A DNA stretch of 64,000 bases from positions 1,760,001 to 1,824,000 of the forward strand of contig CBDEFO010000008.1 of NCBI GenBank assembly GCA_965237525.1. The letters are read 5' to 3'. Below, in pieces: positions 1 to 9,763 of this stretch. The notes below the pieces were generated by a model. The model made no database searches. It saw only the letters and a program-made list of their open reading frames with translations, and was not told the DNA's origin. A program made the translations under genes and the position numbers. Each line of letters starts with the position of its first letter. Position 1 is the first letter of the stretch. This DNA is from Candidatus Latescibacterota bacterium (GTDB taxonomy: Bacteria > Latescibacterota > CBDEFO01).

Positions 1-41
1 GTGTGGACGCCTTCCTTCATCAGGAGTTTCCATTCTTCCAT
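1..41 (-). CDS. 5' end of a gene running off the window edge (MEEWKLLMKEGVH...), faintly like KamA-family radical SAM N-termini
   Basis: ATG at 41 preceded by GAGGA RBS; only 13 codons visible, so the family guess is weak. Confidence 0.3.
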   Translation of the reverse strand, partial: MEEWKLLMKEGVH

Positions 42-96
42 ATCTTATATATCCTCAATTCCTTTTTTGGTTAACCTACAATTTACCTTTGAACGC

Positions 97-666
97 TTAA
101 TTCGGTCTGTTGAGAAGGTCCAAAAACTCCTCCCTTACAGGCTTATCCAGAAAGCATCCCCTTATAGCTGAAGTGGTCGTCAGTGCTTCCGGTTTTTCCA
201 CCCCTCTCATCTCCATGCAAAGATGCCTTGCCTCTACCACCACCATAGCCCCCAGAGGAGAGAGTTTCTCCTCCAGGAATGTTATTATCTGCTCAGTCAT
301 CCTCTCTTGAACCTGTGGTCTCCTGGCGTAAAACTCCACTATCCTTGCCATCTTGCTTATTCCCAGGATGTGATCTGTTGGGATATAAGCCACGTGGGCC
401 TTTCCGAAAAAAGGAACCAGATGGTGAGCGCACATAGAATAAAACGTGATGTCTTTCACCATCACCATGTTGCTGTAGCCTTCATCGTTGGGAAAGCAGG
501 TTATCTTCGGCTCGTTCCCGTTATCCAGTCCCCTGAACATCTCCAGATACATCTTTGCTACTCTTGTGTGAGTATCTTTAAGATTTGGATCCGATGTATC
601 CAATCCTAATGTCTTGATGACCTCTCTTATGTGAAAACTTATCTTTTCAACCGTTTCTCTTTCCAT
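97..666 (-). CDS. folE: GTP cyclohydrolase I
   Basis: SMCAHHLVPFFG, GISKMARIV, QVQER and HLCMEMRG motifs; start moved to ATG 666 behind a GGGAGG RBS. Confidence 0.95.
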   Translation of the reverse strand: MERETVEKISFHIREVIKTLGLDTSDPNLKDTHTRVAKMYLEMFRGLDNGNEPKITCFPNDEGYSNMVMVKDITFYSMCAHHLVPFFGKAHVAYIPTDHILGISKMARIVEFYARRPQVQERMTEQIITFLEEKLSPLGAMVVVEARHLCMEMRGVEKPEALTTTSAIRGCFLDKPVREEFLDLLNRPN

Positions 667-707
667 TTGTTTCCCTCCCCGTTTACGGATATTCACCATT
701 GTGCAAA

Positions 708-753
708 CAGAAAATGCCGGTCTACTTTAGAAAAGAGAAAGAGCCGGCATCTG
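708..753 (-). terminator. Hairpin plus short U-tract upstream of folE
   Basis: Minus strand ATGCCGG...CCGGCAT followed by TTTCTGTTT; loop is long. Confidence 0.45.
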
Positions 754-1019
754 ACTTCTTCACAGGACTGTAAAGTGCGTTGACTCGAACCGAATAACCT
801 TTATTGCCTGAGCGACATCTTGGAGTGTAGAAAGCCTAGGGAGTCTTTCTGCCTTGAAGCTTCCTACTTGAGGTAAGCATTTGACCCGCATCCACTAGTT
901 AAGTTCGCCTTAGTATCTACAGTGAACGACTGCCAGCAGACAGGGCCTTTGTTAGTTCTCACGCCAGAATAAAGGAGACCGGCTGCTCTTTTCCGATTCT
1001 GTCTCTGTCCGTGAGGTTC

Positions 1020-1343
1020 TTACGCGCTGAAGGATTCTCCGCAGCCGCAGGTTGACTTGGCATTAGAATTTTCTATCTCGAAGCCTGCCCCCATCAATCC
1101 ATCTGTATAATCCAGCTGTGAACCAGCAAGATATAACGAACTCTTCATGTCCACAAAGACCTTGACACCTTTGCAATCTATTACCCTGTCGGACTCTTTG
1201 GGAGCTTCATCAAACCCAAGGCTATACTGAAATCCCGAGCATCCTCCTCCCACTACCATCATCCTTAAACCGTACTCGGGTTGCCCGTGCTCCTCACGCA
1301 TCGTTTTGATCTTCTCATCTACCGTATTTGTGCCCGTTATCAT
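1020..1343 (-). CDS. iscA: A-type Fe-S carrier (IscA/HesB family)
   Basis: GGGCSGFQY and STCGCGESF motifs. Confidence 0.9.
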   Translation of the reverse strand: MITGTNTVDEKIKTMREEHGQPEYGLRMMVVGGGCSGFQYSLGFDEAPKESDRVIDCKGVKVFVDMKSSLYLAGSQLDYTDGLMGAGFEIENSNAKSTCGCGESFSA

Positions 1344-1380
1344 TTTCCAAGCCTCCTGTTCTACTCAGAATCGCCGAACT

Positions 1381-1632
1381 TCAAAGGTCAAAATCCTGCT
1401 GTTCCACGATTAGTTCCTCAAGTTCGGGAACTTGATTTTTTATATATCTTTCAACACCCGACTGCATCGTCATCTGAAGACCGGGGGATTGTAAGAAACC
1501 TTCAAATCTTACTTTGGCTGAATTGCCAATGATTTCAATCAGTTCGATCTCTACACAGTCGTCTTTCAACGCGGGTCTGATTTGGTTTAGGACCTCTTCT
1601 ATCTTCTCTTTGATGCCAACATCCCCAGACAT
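1381..1632 (-). CDS. NifU C-terminal (Nfu) domain protein lacking the CxxC motif
   Basis: IEEVLNQIRPAL...QMTM..GVERYIK..VPE pattern; lies between iscS and iscA. Confidence 0.7.
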   Translation of the reverse strand: MSGDVGIKEKIEEVLNQIRPALKDDCVEIELIEIIGNSAKVRFEGFLQSPGLQMTMQSGVERYIKNQVPELEELIVEQQDFDL

Positions 1633-1648
1633 ATTCTTCCTCTGCCTT

Positions 1649-2875
1649 TCAGACTTCTACAAATCCTGATGGGTCGTCTACCTTATTTAATTCTATCCCC
1701 TGAACTTTCATCCTGTACAGAGGGGACATCTCCCTCAATTTGTGGACATTCTCTATCACCGATTCTGTCACGAAATCCACCTCTTCCTCGGTGTTGTACC
1801 TGCCGAGTCCGAACCTGATGGACGTGTAGGCTAACGCTGGGTCTATCCCCATCGCTGTCAGCACGTAGGACGGCTCCGGATCCTTCGATGTGCACGCTGA
1901 TCCAGAGGATATAGCTATGTCCTTCAGGCTTAAAAGCAACGACTCTCCTTCTATGAACTCAAAGCTCAAGTTCAAATTACCGGGGAGCCTCTCCCTTGGA
2001 TGTCCGTTCAGGTACACATATTCCACACCTTCGGTGATCCCTCTGTAAAGCTTATCTCTGAGGTACGTCAGTCTCGTTGCCTCCTCTTCCATCTCCTGTC
2101 CGCATACGTTGCAAGCTGCGCCGAGACCGACTATGCCAGACACGTTTAGTGTTCCGCTCCTGAGATTCTTCTCGTGTCCTCCGCCGTCAATTAGGGGTTT
2201 CAGTCTGATCCTCGGTCGCCGCTTTCTGATATACAGAGCCCCCACACCTTTGGGACCGTATATCTTATGCCCGGATATGGACATCATATCGAGGCACAAT
2301 TCGTCCACGCTGCAGGGTATCTTACCCACAGCCTGAACGGCGTCACAGTGAAACAGGATGCCCCTCTCCTGGGCGATTCTGCCTATCTCGGGGACAGGAT
2401 GCTTCGTGCCTATCTCGCTGTTGATATACATGATAGTGATAAGGATCGTGTCGTTCTTTATCGCTTGGGACACGTCGTCGGGATCGACCATTCCGTACTT
2501 ATCTACCGGCAAATATGTCACTTCGAATCCGTCTTTTTCCAAAGCCTTGCACGTATCCAGCACGGCTTTATGCTCGGTCTTACAGGTTACGATGTGATTT
2601 CCCTTATGGCTGTAGCTGTAGGCAACCCCCTTTATCGCCATATTGTCTGATTCGGTCGCTCCGCTTGTAAAGATTATGTCCTCCGGAAAAGCCCCGATCA
2701 GGTTTGCCACCTCTTCTCTTGAGTTTTGGACAGAGGCCTCAGCTATCTGCCCGAAGATATGACTACTGCTGGCAGCGTTCCCGAAGCTGTCCATAAAATA
2801 GGGCATCATAACGTCCAGCACCCTCCGGTCTACAGGGGTTGTAGCGTTGTGATCCATGTATATAGGTTTTTTCAA
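1649..2875 (-). CDS. iscS: Cysteine desulfurase
   Basis: YMDHNATTP, SGHKIYGPKG (PLP Lys) and SSGSACTS (catalytic Cys); likely TTG start at 2875 behind AAGGAG. Confidence 0.93.
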   Translation of the reverse strand: MKKPIYMDHNATTPVDRRVLDVMMPYFMDSFGNAASSSHIFGQIAEASVQNSREEVANLIGAFPEDIIFTSGATESDNMAIKGVAYSYSHKGNHIVTCKTEHKAVLDTCKALEKDGFEVTYLPVDKYGMVDPDDVSQAIKNDTILITIMYINSEIGTKHPVPEIGRIAQERGILFHCDAVQAVGKIPCSVDELCLDMMSISGHKIYGPKGVGALYIRKRRPRIRLKPLIDGGGHEKNLRSGTLNVSGIVGLGAACNVCGQEMEEEATRLTYLRDKLYRGITEGVEYVYLNGHPRERLPGNLNLSFEFIEGESLLLSLKDIAISSGSACTSKDPEPSYVLTAMGIDPALAYTSIRFGLGRYNTEEEVDFVTESVIENVHKLREMSPLYRMKVQGIELNKVDDPSGFVEV

Positions 2876-3329
2876 CGTAGAGACTCCTTTGCAATCCCTG
2901 TACGCCGAGATACTTACGAATTTGACGCCCGTAAAGTTGTATATAGAATATAGGAGACTTTGACGTAAACGGCAAGTTCTTTTTTCAGTGCTCTCCAAGG
3001 GAAGTTTATACACTTTCTGGGAACAACGGCCTCGATTGAGGGTTGCGCTTTTCTACGTGTACCTCGAACGTCTTGCTCACATCGTCCGATAGGCTTGGTA
3101 TGGCAGGGCGCCGCGAGTTAACAGACTCGAAGACGTGATATTTGTTTTTCAGCTTAGAAGTTACATAAGAAATAGCCAGCTTTTGACAAAAAGGCAATAG
3201 TTTAATCGTATCCAGACTGGACGTAGTTACATTCTTACACGTCCGGTGTAGGTCAACGAGTAGATACGTACGCACAGCTCTATTAGGGCAACAGCTTTGG
3301 GCCTAACCCGATTACTCTTTGCGCATCTA

Positions 3330-3521
3330 CTATACCTTCATTCTTCCTGGACCACGTGGAATGCCCAGGCCATACTTGTAGAGAAGTGTTTTCCGGTCGT
3401 GTTTCGCCCGCCAAGGCGTCGTCCCGCGTATGAGCAGCTCTGTGAAGAACAACGCGTCGCCCGCTTTCACAGCCGGTTGGACAAGATAGTGTGGAATCCC
3501 CTCGAATATCCTTATGTCCAT
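3330..3521 (-). pseudogene. C-terminal fragment of a phytanoyl-CoA dioxygenase (PhyH)-like gene
   Basis: VKAGDALFFTELLIRGTTPW...RKTLLYKY resembles the PhyH C-terminus with the metal-binding His changed to Arg; no N-terminal part. Confidence 0.5.
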
Positions 3522-3565
3522 ATGAAAAGTGGCCTGGATGTGATCATCAGGCTCAAGAAATGTGA

Positions 3566-4276
3566 CTATATAGCTAATTCTGCCAGACCATCGCGCATCC
3601 GAACAATGCGCTCTGCCTGGCCGGCGATATAGCTTTCGTGGGTCACCAAGATGATGGTATTTCCCTGATCTTTAAGGATCTTGAAGAGCTGTATGATCTC
3701 CTCTCCGGTCTTGGTATCCAGATTTCCTGTGGGCTCGTCTGCAAGGATAATAGAGGGGTTGTTCACCAATGCTCGGGCGATGGCCACACGCTGTCTTTCT
3801 CCCCCCGAAAGCTCGTTAGGCTGATGCTGTAGGCGATCTTTAAGACCTACTTTCTCCAGGGCTTCTTGAGCGCGGCGCTTGCGCTCATCTTTGAGGGTAC
3901 CATCGTAGACCAGCGGCAATTCCACATTGCGCAGGGCCGTAGCTCGGGGAAGAAGGTTGAACGTTTGAAAGACAAACCCTATCTTGCGATTCCGTACATA
4001 GGCAAGCTGGTCGTCGTCCAGATCGCTGACTTTTTCTCCCTCTAAACGGTACACGCCCAAGGTAGGTGTGTCAAGACAGCCTATAATATTCATCAAGGTG
4101 GACTTGCCGGAACCCGACGGCCCCATAATGGCCACATACTCATTGGCATTGATCTGGACGTTGATGCCTCGCAAGGCATGGACCTCCTGCGTCCCCAACT
4201 GGTAAATCTTCACGATATCTTGTAGATCGATCAGCATCTGGGAGGATGCTTCTTCTTCCATTTTCCTATCTTTCAA
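3566..4276 (-). CDS. ABC exporter ATP-binding subunit (MacB/LolD type)
   Basis: GPSGSGKST Walker [10 protein letters not shown] signature, [11 protein letters not shown]alker B. Confidence 0.95.
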   Translation of the reverse strand: MKDRKMEEEASSQMLIDLQDIVKIYQLGTQEVHALRGINVQINANEYVAIMGPSGSGKSTLMNIIGCLDTPTLGVYRLEGEKVSDLDDDQLAYVRNRKIGFVFQTFNLLPRATALRNVELPLVYDGTLKDERKRRAQEALEKVGLKDRLQHQPNELSGGERQRVAIARALVNNPSIILADEPTGNLDTKTGEEIIQLFKILKDQGNTIILVTHESYIAGQAERIVRMRDGLAELAI

Positions 4277-4378
4277 AATTACTGTAGGATCAGACCCACC
4301 TGTCCGACTTGAAAATATGCATAGACTTCCAGGACAAGGGGTGGCTGGGGATATGTGCTGTATCTACCAGATGGTAAT

Positions 4379-5911
4379 TCATCTAACTCTTTCCACGAGA
4401 CTTCGATCCCTCTCAAAGTCGTACAGGGTCTGGCGCTTCAGATCGGCCACGGCAAGTTGATACTGGATGTAAGCGCCAAGGTAGGCCGAGCGAGCTTGGG
4501 TAAGGCGGTCACGGTCGGAAGCTAAATCTTGGCTGGTGATGTCACCGTTGTCGAAGCGGGCAAGGCTAATCTCATAGCTCCGTTGGGCCACTTCTTCGTT
4601 CTTTTCCAGGACATCGAGACGGTTGCGCGAGGACCTGAGTTGCGTGATTGCACTTCGTATCTGCTGCTTTACCCTACGCTGATTCTCCTGTACATTCAAC
4701 TGGCTCTGTTTGAGCGTCGCCCGCGCTGCTGCTACTTCAGCTCGGTTTACCCCGGAGTCCCAGAGTGGAACGGTAACGTTGAACTGGACGCCCCGATTGC
4801 GAGGCCGGCGACGCAGGTCATCTAAGCTCGATTCAAAGAGGTCGGCGATGCTAGTGTCGAAAGACAGAGACGGGTCACTGATCCCGCTGAGCTCGTAAGA
4901 TGCGCTGATTTCTGCTTTGATCGCGGTTTGTGCATCAGTTTCGCGAAGTGTAATCTCAGCCAGCCGCCGGTTGATTTCCCTCTCACGGATTTCGGCTCGA
5001 TGGGAGAGGCCGTGCTCGATGGCCTTGGCCTCATCCACTTCGAACAGGTTCAGCGCAAAATCGGTTTCCACTGTTACTTCCTCCTCGAGCGGCAGTCCCA
5101 CCTTCATCTTGAACTGATCCGCTTTCGTCGACAAAGTGCCCTCGGCATCCAGCAACTCGTTCCGGCTCTGTGCCAGATCGACCTCCGTCCGCAAGGCCTC
5201 CACCTCTGCAATTAAGCCAGCCTGGAACTTCTTTCGGGCTAATTCGTAGGACTCCTTCTGCTGTTTCGCTTCTTCCCAGGCGATCTCCAGGCCCCGTGTG
5301 GCGCGGTATAAATCGTAAAACGCAAATGTGACATCGTAAATTAGATTCAATTGGGTGCGGGTGAACTGCCGCTGTTCCCGCTCGAGCTCCAGATTGGCCT
5401 TCTCCATGCCCAGTTTAAGAGTGTTAGGCTCAAATAGAGGCTGTCGGAATCTAATGCCAAAGGAGGTAAAAAAGCGCTTGGTTCGTTGGGTCTCATCGAG
5501 TTGGTCGATAAAGACAGATTCGCGGGTCTGAAAAAGATCTGAATTCAGGCTAATACTGCCGTTGCTCGGGAGAGGCTGGCTGATTTGCAGCCCACTTTGC
5601 CACCGCAGTGACCCAGTGGTATTATAATTTGGAAGTTCATTGGGTACAAAGACAGGTCGCACCTGTTCATTAAAGTCCGGCGCATTCAGAGTTAAATTAG
5701 CTTTGGTCTTGAAACGCCCTTTGGCGGCTATCATGTTTTGCTCGGCCCGCTTAAGTCGCAATTGGAGCCTGCGGGCCTCGTAGCTCTCCTCTAAGGCCAG
5801 CGCGATGGCATCATCGCGTGTGAGAACAACGGCACCCTGCTGTGCAGACGTTTGAGCTGCAAAGACTGTCCAGAAAAGCAGAAAGACCAGACGGACAATA
5901 AGACCACTCAT
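4379..5911 (-). CDS. TolC-family outer-membrane efflux protein
   Basis: Signal peptide, two helical OEP-type repeats, exporter operon context. Confidence 0.85.
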   Translation of the reverse strand: MSGLIVRLVFLLFWTVFAAQTSAQQGAVVLTRDDAIALALEESYEARRLQLRLKRAEQNMIAAKGRFKTKANLTLNAPDFNEQVRPVFVPNELPNYNTTGSLRWQSGLQISQPLPSNGSISLNSDLFQTRESVFIDQLDETQRTKRFFTSFGIRFRQPLFEPNTLKLGMEKANLELEREQRQFTRTQLNLIYDVTFAFYDLYRATRGLEIAWEEAKQQKESYELARKKFQAGLIAEVEALRTEVDLAQSRNELLDAEGTLSTKADQFKMKVGLPLEEEVTVETDFALNLFEVDEAKAIEHGLSHRAEIREREINRRLAEITLRETDAQTAIKAEISASYELSGISDPSLSFDTSIADLFESSLDDLRRRPRNRGVQFNVTVPLWDSGVNRAEVAAARATLKQSQLNVQENQRRVKQQIRSAITQLRSSRNRLDVLEKNEEVAQRSYEISLARFDNGDITSQDLASDRDRLTQARSAYLGAYIQYQLAVADLKRQTLYDFERDRSLVERVR

Positions 5912-6003
5912 TGTTATAACTCCTTGATAAGCCTTCGGTTAGATAGTAGATAGGGAAGGGAAGTGGTGCCCCGTCTACTGTCTACTGACTGCTGTCTACT
6001 TGT

Positions 6004-7242
6004 TTACTCATACCGCAGGGCTTCAATCGGGTTGATGTTGGCTGCGCGACGCGCCGGGAAGGTGCCCGAAACGATGCCTACCGCAGCGGCCACGGCAAAG
6101 GCCACGAACACATATAGGGGCAACACGACGGTTTTGAACTCGGCGATGGAGTCGATTATCAAAGACATGCCGATGCCCAGCGTGACTCCGATGATCCCAC
6201 CCACAAGACTCAGCCCCACCGCCTCAATCAGAAACTGAGCCATAATATCCTTTCGTCTGGCGCCAAGGGCGCGGCGAACGCCGATCTCGCGGGTGCGTTC
6301 AAGCACCGTGGCCAACATTATATTCATAATGCCGATGCCGCCGACTAAAAGGGAGATGGCGGCAATTGAGCCGAGCATCATGTTGTAAATACGCCTTTCT
6401 TTTTCCTCCTGCTTCAAGAGTTCATACGGAATCACAATGTCGAAGTCGTCGTTATCGTGATGACGCCTATTCAAAATTCGTCGGATAATCGCTGCACTTT
6501 CAACCAGTTGGCTCGAATCCCGGATCCGTACAGTCAACTGATCGATCTGACTTTCTAAGAGTTCGGATTTGTCGAATCGCCGCAGGAAGGAAGATAGAGG
6601 AATATAGATGTCTTGATTCAGATTGCGCGCCGCCAACTCGCCCACTGTCTCGGTGAACAGCGCCTTGGTGCCCATCGTTCCTATAGCCTCGAACCACTGG
6701 TCTTCCACTTTGACGAGCTTTCCCAGGGGATCTTCTATGGGGAAGAGGGTCTTGGCCACGTCAGCACCCAGCACGCAGGCCCGCTGTTCTTTCGTGTAAT
6801 GGTCGTCGGTCAAGAAAGTACCGCTGTTGGGCTCGTAGTTGAGCAGGTGGTGGAAGGCGGGGGCAACGCCCACAAGGGTCGCTTTGGTGGATTTGTCTTC
6901 GTGCTTGGCTTCTACCTCTAATTCGGCCTGCGGAGCCAGCTTTTCGACAGTTGGGACGATGTCCATAATGGCCTCAGCGTCCTTTAGAGAGAGACCCTGG
7001 GAGAATTTAGCCCGGGTTTCTTCTAATTCCTCTTTGCTTAAGTCTTTGTCTCTGACGATGATATTGTTCACACCCAGGGTTTTGAATTTCTCCAATGCCT
7101 CCCGTTTAGCCCCTTCGCCGATAGCGAGCATAGAGATCACGGCGGCGACGCCGAAGATGACGCCGAGCATCGTCAAGATGGAGCGCAGCTTGTGATCCAT
7201 CAGGCTTTCCAGGCCGATGCGTAGCTGTTCGCGGGTCTGCAT
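6004..7242 (-). CDS. MacB-type ABC permease
   Basis: LRSILTMLGVIFGVAAV, GGIGIMNIML...ERTREIGVRRALGA and PIEALRYE. Confidence 0.93.
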   Translation of the reverse strand: MQTREQLRIGLESLMDHKLRSILTMLGVIFGVAAVISMLAIGEGAKREALEKFKTLGVNNIIVRDKDLSKEELEETRAKFSQGLSLKDAEAIMDIVPTVEKLAPQAELEVEAKHEDKSTKATLVGVAPAFHHLLNYEPNSGTFLTDDHYTKEQRACVLGADVAKTLFPIEDPLGKLVKVEDQWFEAIGTMGTKALFTETVGELAARNLNQDIYIPLSSFLRRFDKSELLESQIDQLTVRIRDSSQLVESAAIIRRILNRRHHDNDDFDIVIPYELLKQEEKERRIYNMMLGSIAAISLLVGGIGIMNIMLATVLERTREIGVRRALGARRKDIMAQFLIEAVGLSLVGGIIGVTLGIGMSLIIDSIAEFKTVVLPLYVFVAFAVAAAVGIVSGTFPARRAANINPIEALRYE

Positions 7243-8442
7243 TTAAACCTCTTTCCGTCGTGGCACGACTGCTACGCGGTCACCGGGATGTAACTTTCCG
7301 TGCACCACCACAGAACTGGTATTGCGCGGGCCAAGCGTTACCGGGATCCGGCGCAACTTGGAGCCGTCTTTGACATAGACAATGGATTCTCCGTCCTCCC
7401 GATGGATGCCGGCGTGGTCTACAAACAGAGCGCCATCTAATTCTGCCAATATAAATTCGCAACTGACGGTCATTCCCGGCCGCAGGATCGGGTCCGACTT
7501 GTCCAACAGCACTTCCACGTCAAAGATCTTGATCTTGCTTTTTCTTTCTTTTCTACGGGTGATTTTGCTGATCTTGGTGACAGTCCCGTCAAAGGCGATT
7601 CGTGGAAAGGCGTCGAGTCGCACAGATGTTTTCTGTCCAACGTGAACCTTGCTGATGTCCGTCTCGTTTACCGAAGTTATGACTTTCATCTGGTTCAGGT
7701 CGGGCAGGCCAATCAAAGGTCGAAACCACCATAATTGGTCGCCAACGGCAATCTTTTTTCCGGTTCTCCGATTCCTGAGATATTCGATCATTCCATCGGA
7801 AGGTGCGCGTACGGTAAATCTTTCAACGGTCCTTTCTGCAGCCTCGATAGCTGAAAGGGTCTGAGTAATCTTCCTTTGCCTAATCTTCAACTCTTCGGCA
7901 TGTATTCTGCTTGTAGACTCGCTCTTCCTCCGGATCTTGTTAGAGGAGATTTCAGCCTTTCGGAGTCCAAGTTCGGCTATCTCCCGCCTGGAGGGCGATT
8001 CGAATCTAATCCGCTCGGTCTCGATCTGAGCCGATCTCAGGGCGGCTTCAGACGAGCGCCGGTCAGCCTCTAACTGTTTTATTTCGGTCTCTTGTCCGGC
8101 CTTCAGTACGGCAAGGTCGGCATAGGCGATCTCCAACTCCGCCTCTTGTTGTACCAATTCCCGGAGAACGCGCGAGGTTCCAATCTGCCCGATGACCTCT
8201 CCTTTGCGAACTTTGGTGCCCTCCTTTGCCAGTTGGGTGATTTCCTGCCTGCGATACCTCCAAGGAAAGAATGGCATAAAAACGGTTACATAATTGACAG
8301 CCTGAAGTTCACCCGTCTCGGCGATGGTAGAGCGAAACTTGCCCCGTTCTACCCTGACAAACCTTTTATCATCCCCGTAGTCGCCGCAGGCGACGAGCAG
8401 GGCAACCGCCACGACGATCACCGATGCACCGATCTTCCTCAC
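7243..8442 (-). CDS. Periplasmic adaptor (MFP/HlyD family), lipoprotein
   Basis: LLVAC lipobox, coiled coil, VNETDI..V..GQ and LRPGMTV motifs. Confidence 0.85.
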   Translation of the reverse strand: MRKIGASVIVVAVALLVACGDYGDDKRFVRVERGKFRSTIAETGELQAVNYVTVFMPFFPWRYRRQEITQLAKEGTKVRKGEVIGQIGTSRVLRELVQQEAELEIAYADLAVLKAGQETEIKQLEADRRSSEAALRSAQIETERIRFESPSRREIAELGLRKAEISSNKIRRKSESTSRIHAEELKIRQRKITQTLSAIEAAERTVERFTVRAPSDGMIEYLRNRRTGKKIAVGDQLWWFRPLIGLPDLNQMKVITSVNETDISKVHVGQKTSVRLDAFPRIAFDGTVTKISKITRRKERKSKIKIFDVEVLLDKSDPILRPGMTVSCEFILAELDGALFVDHAGIHREDGESIVYVKDGSKLRRIPVTLGPRNTSSVVVHGKLHPGDRVAVVPRRKEV

Positions 8443-9758
8443 TGCGCGGCCTCCTTTTTTATGTCCGAAGCTCCTTCCATCCGATCAACTCTGGGGTCGG
8501 TCAAAGCCACTTGATCACTCTCTTTTATCCCTTCCGTGATGATCACGTAATTATCGTTCTCAGGGCCTATGGCGACATGCCGCGGCTTAAAATCTCCGCC
8601 CTTTTTGAGGTAAACTATATTCTTGCCGTCCTCTCTGAAGAGGGCCTCCAGTGGTATGAAAAGCGTATCTGGTATCTGCTCCACAATAATCTCACAACTG
8701 ACGGTCATTCCGGGCATGAGCTGTTTGTTGTTTTCATCCAGCAGGATTGTGGCGTCGAAGACCTTTACCTTCGATTCCCTGTCTTTATTCCTTCCCATGA
8801 CTGCGACATCAGACACATGGCCGTGAAAGCTGGTGTCGGGATAGGCGTCGAGCTTTATGATGGCGGACTGACCGGTGCCTATTTTGGCGATGTCCACTTC
8901 GTTGATCCGAACTTCCGCTTTCATCGAACTCAGGTCGGGCAAGCCGATAATGGACTCGGCTCTCCAAGTCTGGTCGTCAACCTGAAACTTGGCGCCCGTC
9001 CTCCGGCTTTTGCGGATGATGGCGATTCCGGGAGCAGGCGCGGTAACGGTCAGTTTGTCAACCGTCTCTCTGGCTTCGTCTAACCTCGTCTGCACCTGCT
9101 GAACCTTCAGCTCCAGTTTGCTGATCTTTTGGCGATTGACGATCTTCTTGTTTTCGATCTCCTGCTGGGCCTTCTCCAAAGCGATAGCCGCTTTCTCAAG
9201 ATTAAGCTCAATCTCCCTGAGCTTGATTTCGGCCTCGAACGACGCCTGCTCCAATTTCAACTGGGAGATTCTATGATTCAACTTGGCGATCTCAAGATTG
9301 GCCAGCGACTCCTCCATCTCGGACTGGTGGCTAACTTGGGCCTTCCTCAGTTCCGACTGGGCGATCTCCAACTCGGTCTGGGCGTCCACGATGCCCTTTT
9401 CAATTTCGCTCCTATCGAATTCGATCAGCAGGTATCCTTCTTCCACCTCTTTGCCGTCTTCGACAAGCTGAGTTATTTTTAGCTCGCCCAAGCGCCAGGG
9501 CATCCACGGAGCTGAGATTATTTTGGAATTGACCGCCTCTAATTCTCCGGTCTCTGTTACGCTGTTGACGAATTCCCCTCGTTTGACGGTGTACGTCTCC
9601 ACAAACGATCCTGAACCCGAACCACAGCCCCCGATGGATGCAATCGGGGGCAGGAGCATCAAGGCGATACTTAACGCCCAGAAAGTATCGAAGAAACAGA
9701 CAGGAATGTCTGTCCCACCAAACTTTTTTGTGGAAAACAGGTAATTTTTTCTGAGCAT
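8439..9758 (-). CDS. Periplasmic adaptor (MFP/HlyD family)
   Basis: TAPAPG, INEVDIAKIGTGQ and LMPGMTV motifs. Confidence 0.85.
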   Translation of the reverse strand: MLRKNYLFSTKKFGGTDIPVCFFDTFWALSIALMLLPPIASIGGCGSGSGSFVETYTVKRGEFVNSVTETGELEAVNSKIISAPWMPWRLGELKITQLVEDGKEVEEGYLLIEFDRSEIEKGIVDAQTELEIAQSELRKAQVSHQSEMEESLANLEIAKLNHRISQLKLEQASFEAEIKLREIELNLEKAAIALEKAQQEIENKKIVNRQKISKLELKVQQVQTRLDEARETVDKLTVTAPAPGIAIIRKSRRTGAKFQVDDQTWRAESIIGLPDLSSMKAEVRINEVDIAKIGTGQSAIIKLDAYPDTSFHGHVSDVAVMGRNKDRESKVKVFDATILLDENNKQLMPGMTVSCEIIVEQIPDTLFIPLEALFREDGKNIVYLKKGGDFKPRHVAIGPENDNYVIITEGIKESDQVALTDPRVDRMEGASDIKKEAAQ

Positions 9759-9763
9759 CTTAA

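Noticed and set aside
760..935. Lysine riboswitch or 6S RNA
   Set aside because: Only short resemblances (GCGAACTT; CCTGAGC); core consensus elements are missing, so it is kept only as an unassigned structure
1020..1632. Selenoprotein versions of IscA/Nfu, given selA in the window
   Set aside because: No in-frame TGA at the Cys positions
5960..6003. AGTAGAC/GTCTACT heptamer runs (also ~15815, 26858, 52200, 52504, 59382) as a regulatory system
   Set aside because: Real but short, degenerate intergenic repeats with no consistent position relative to promoters
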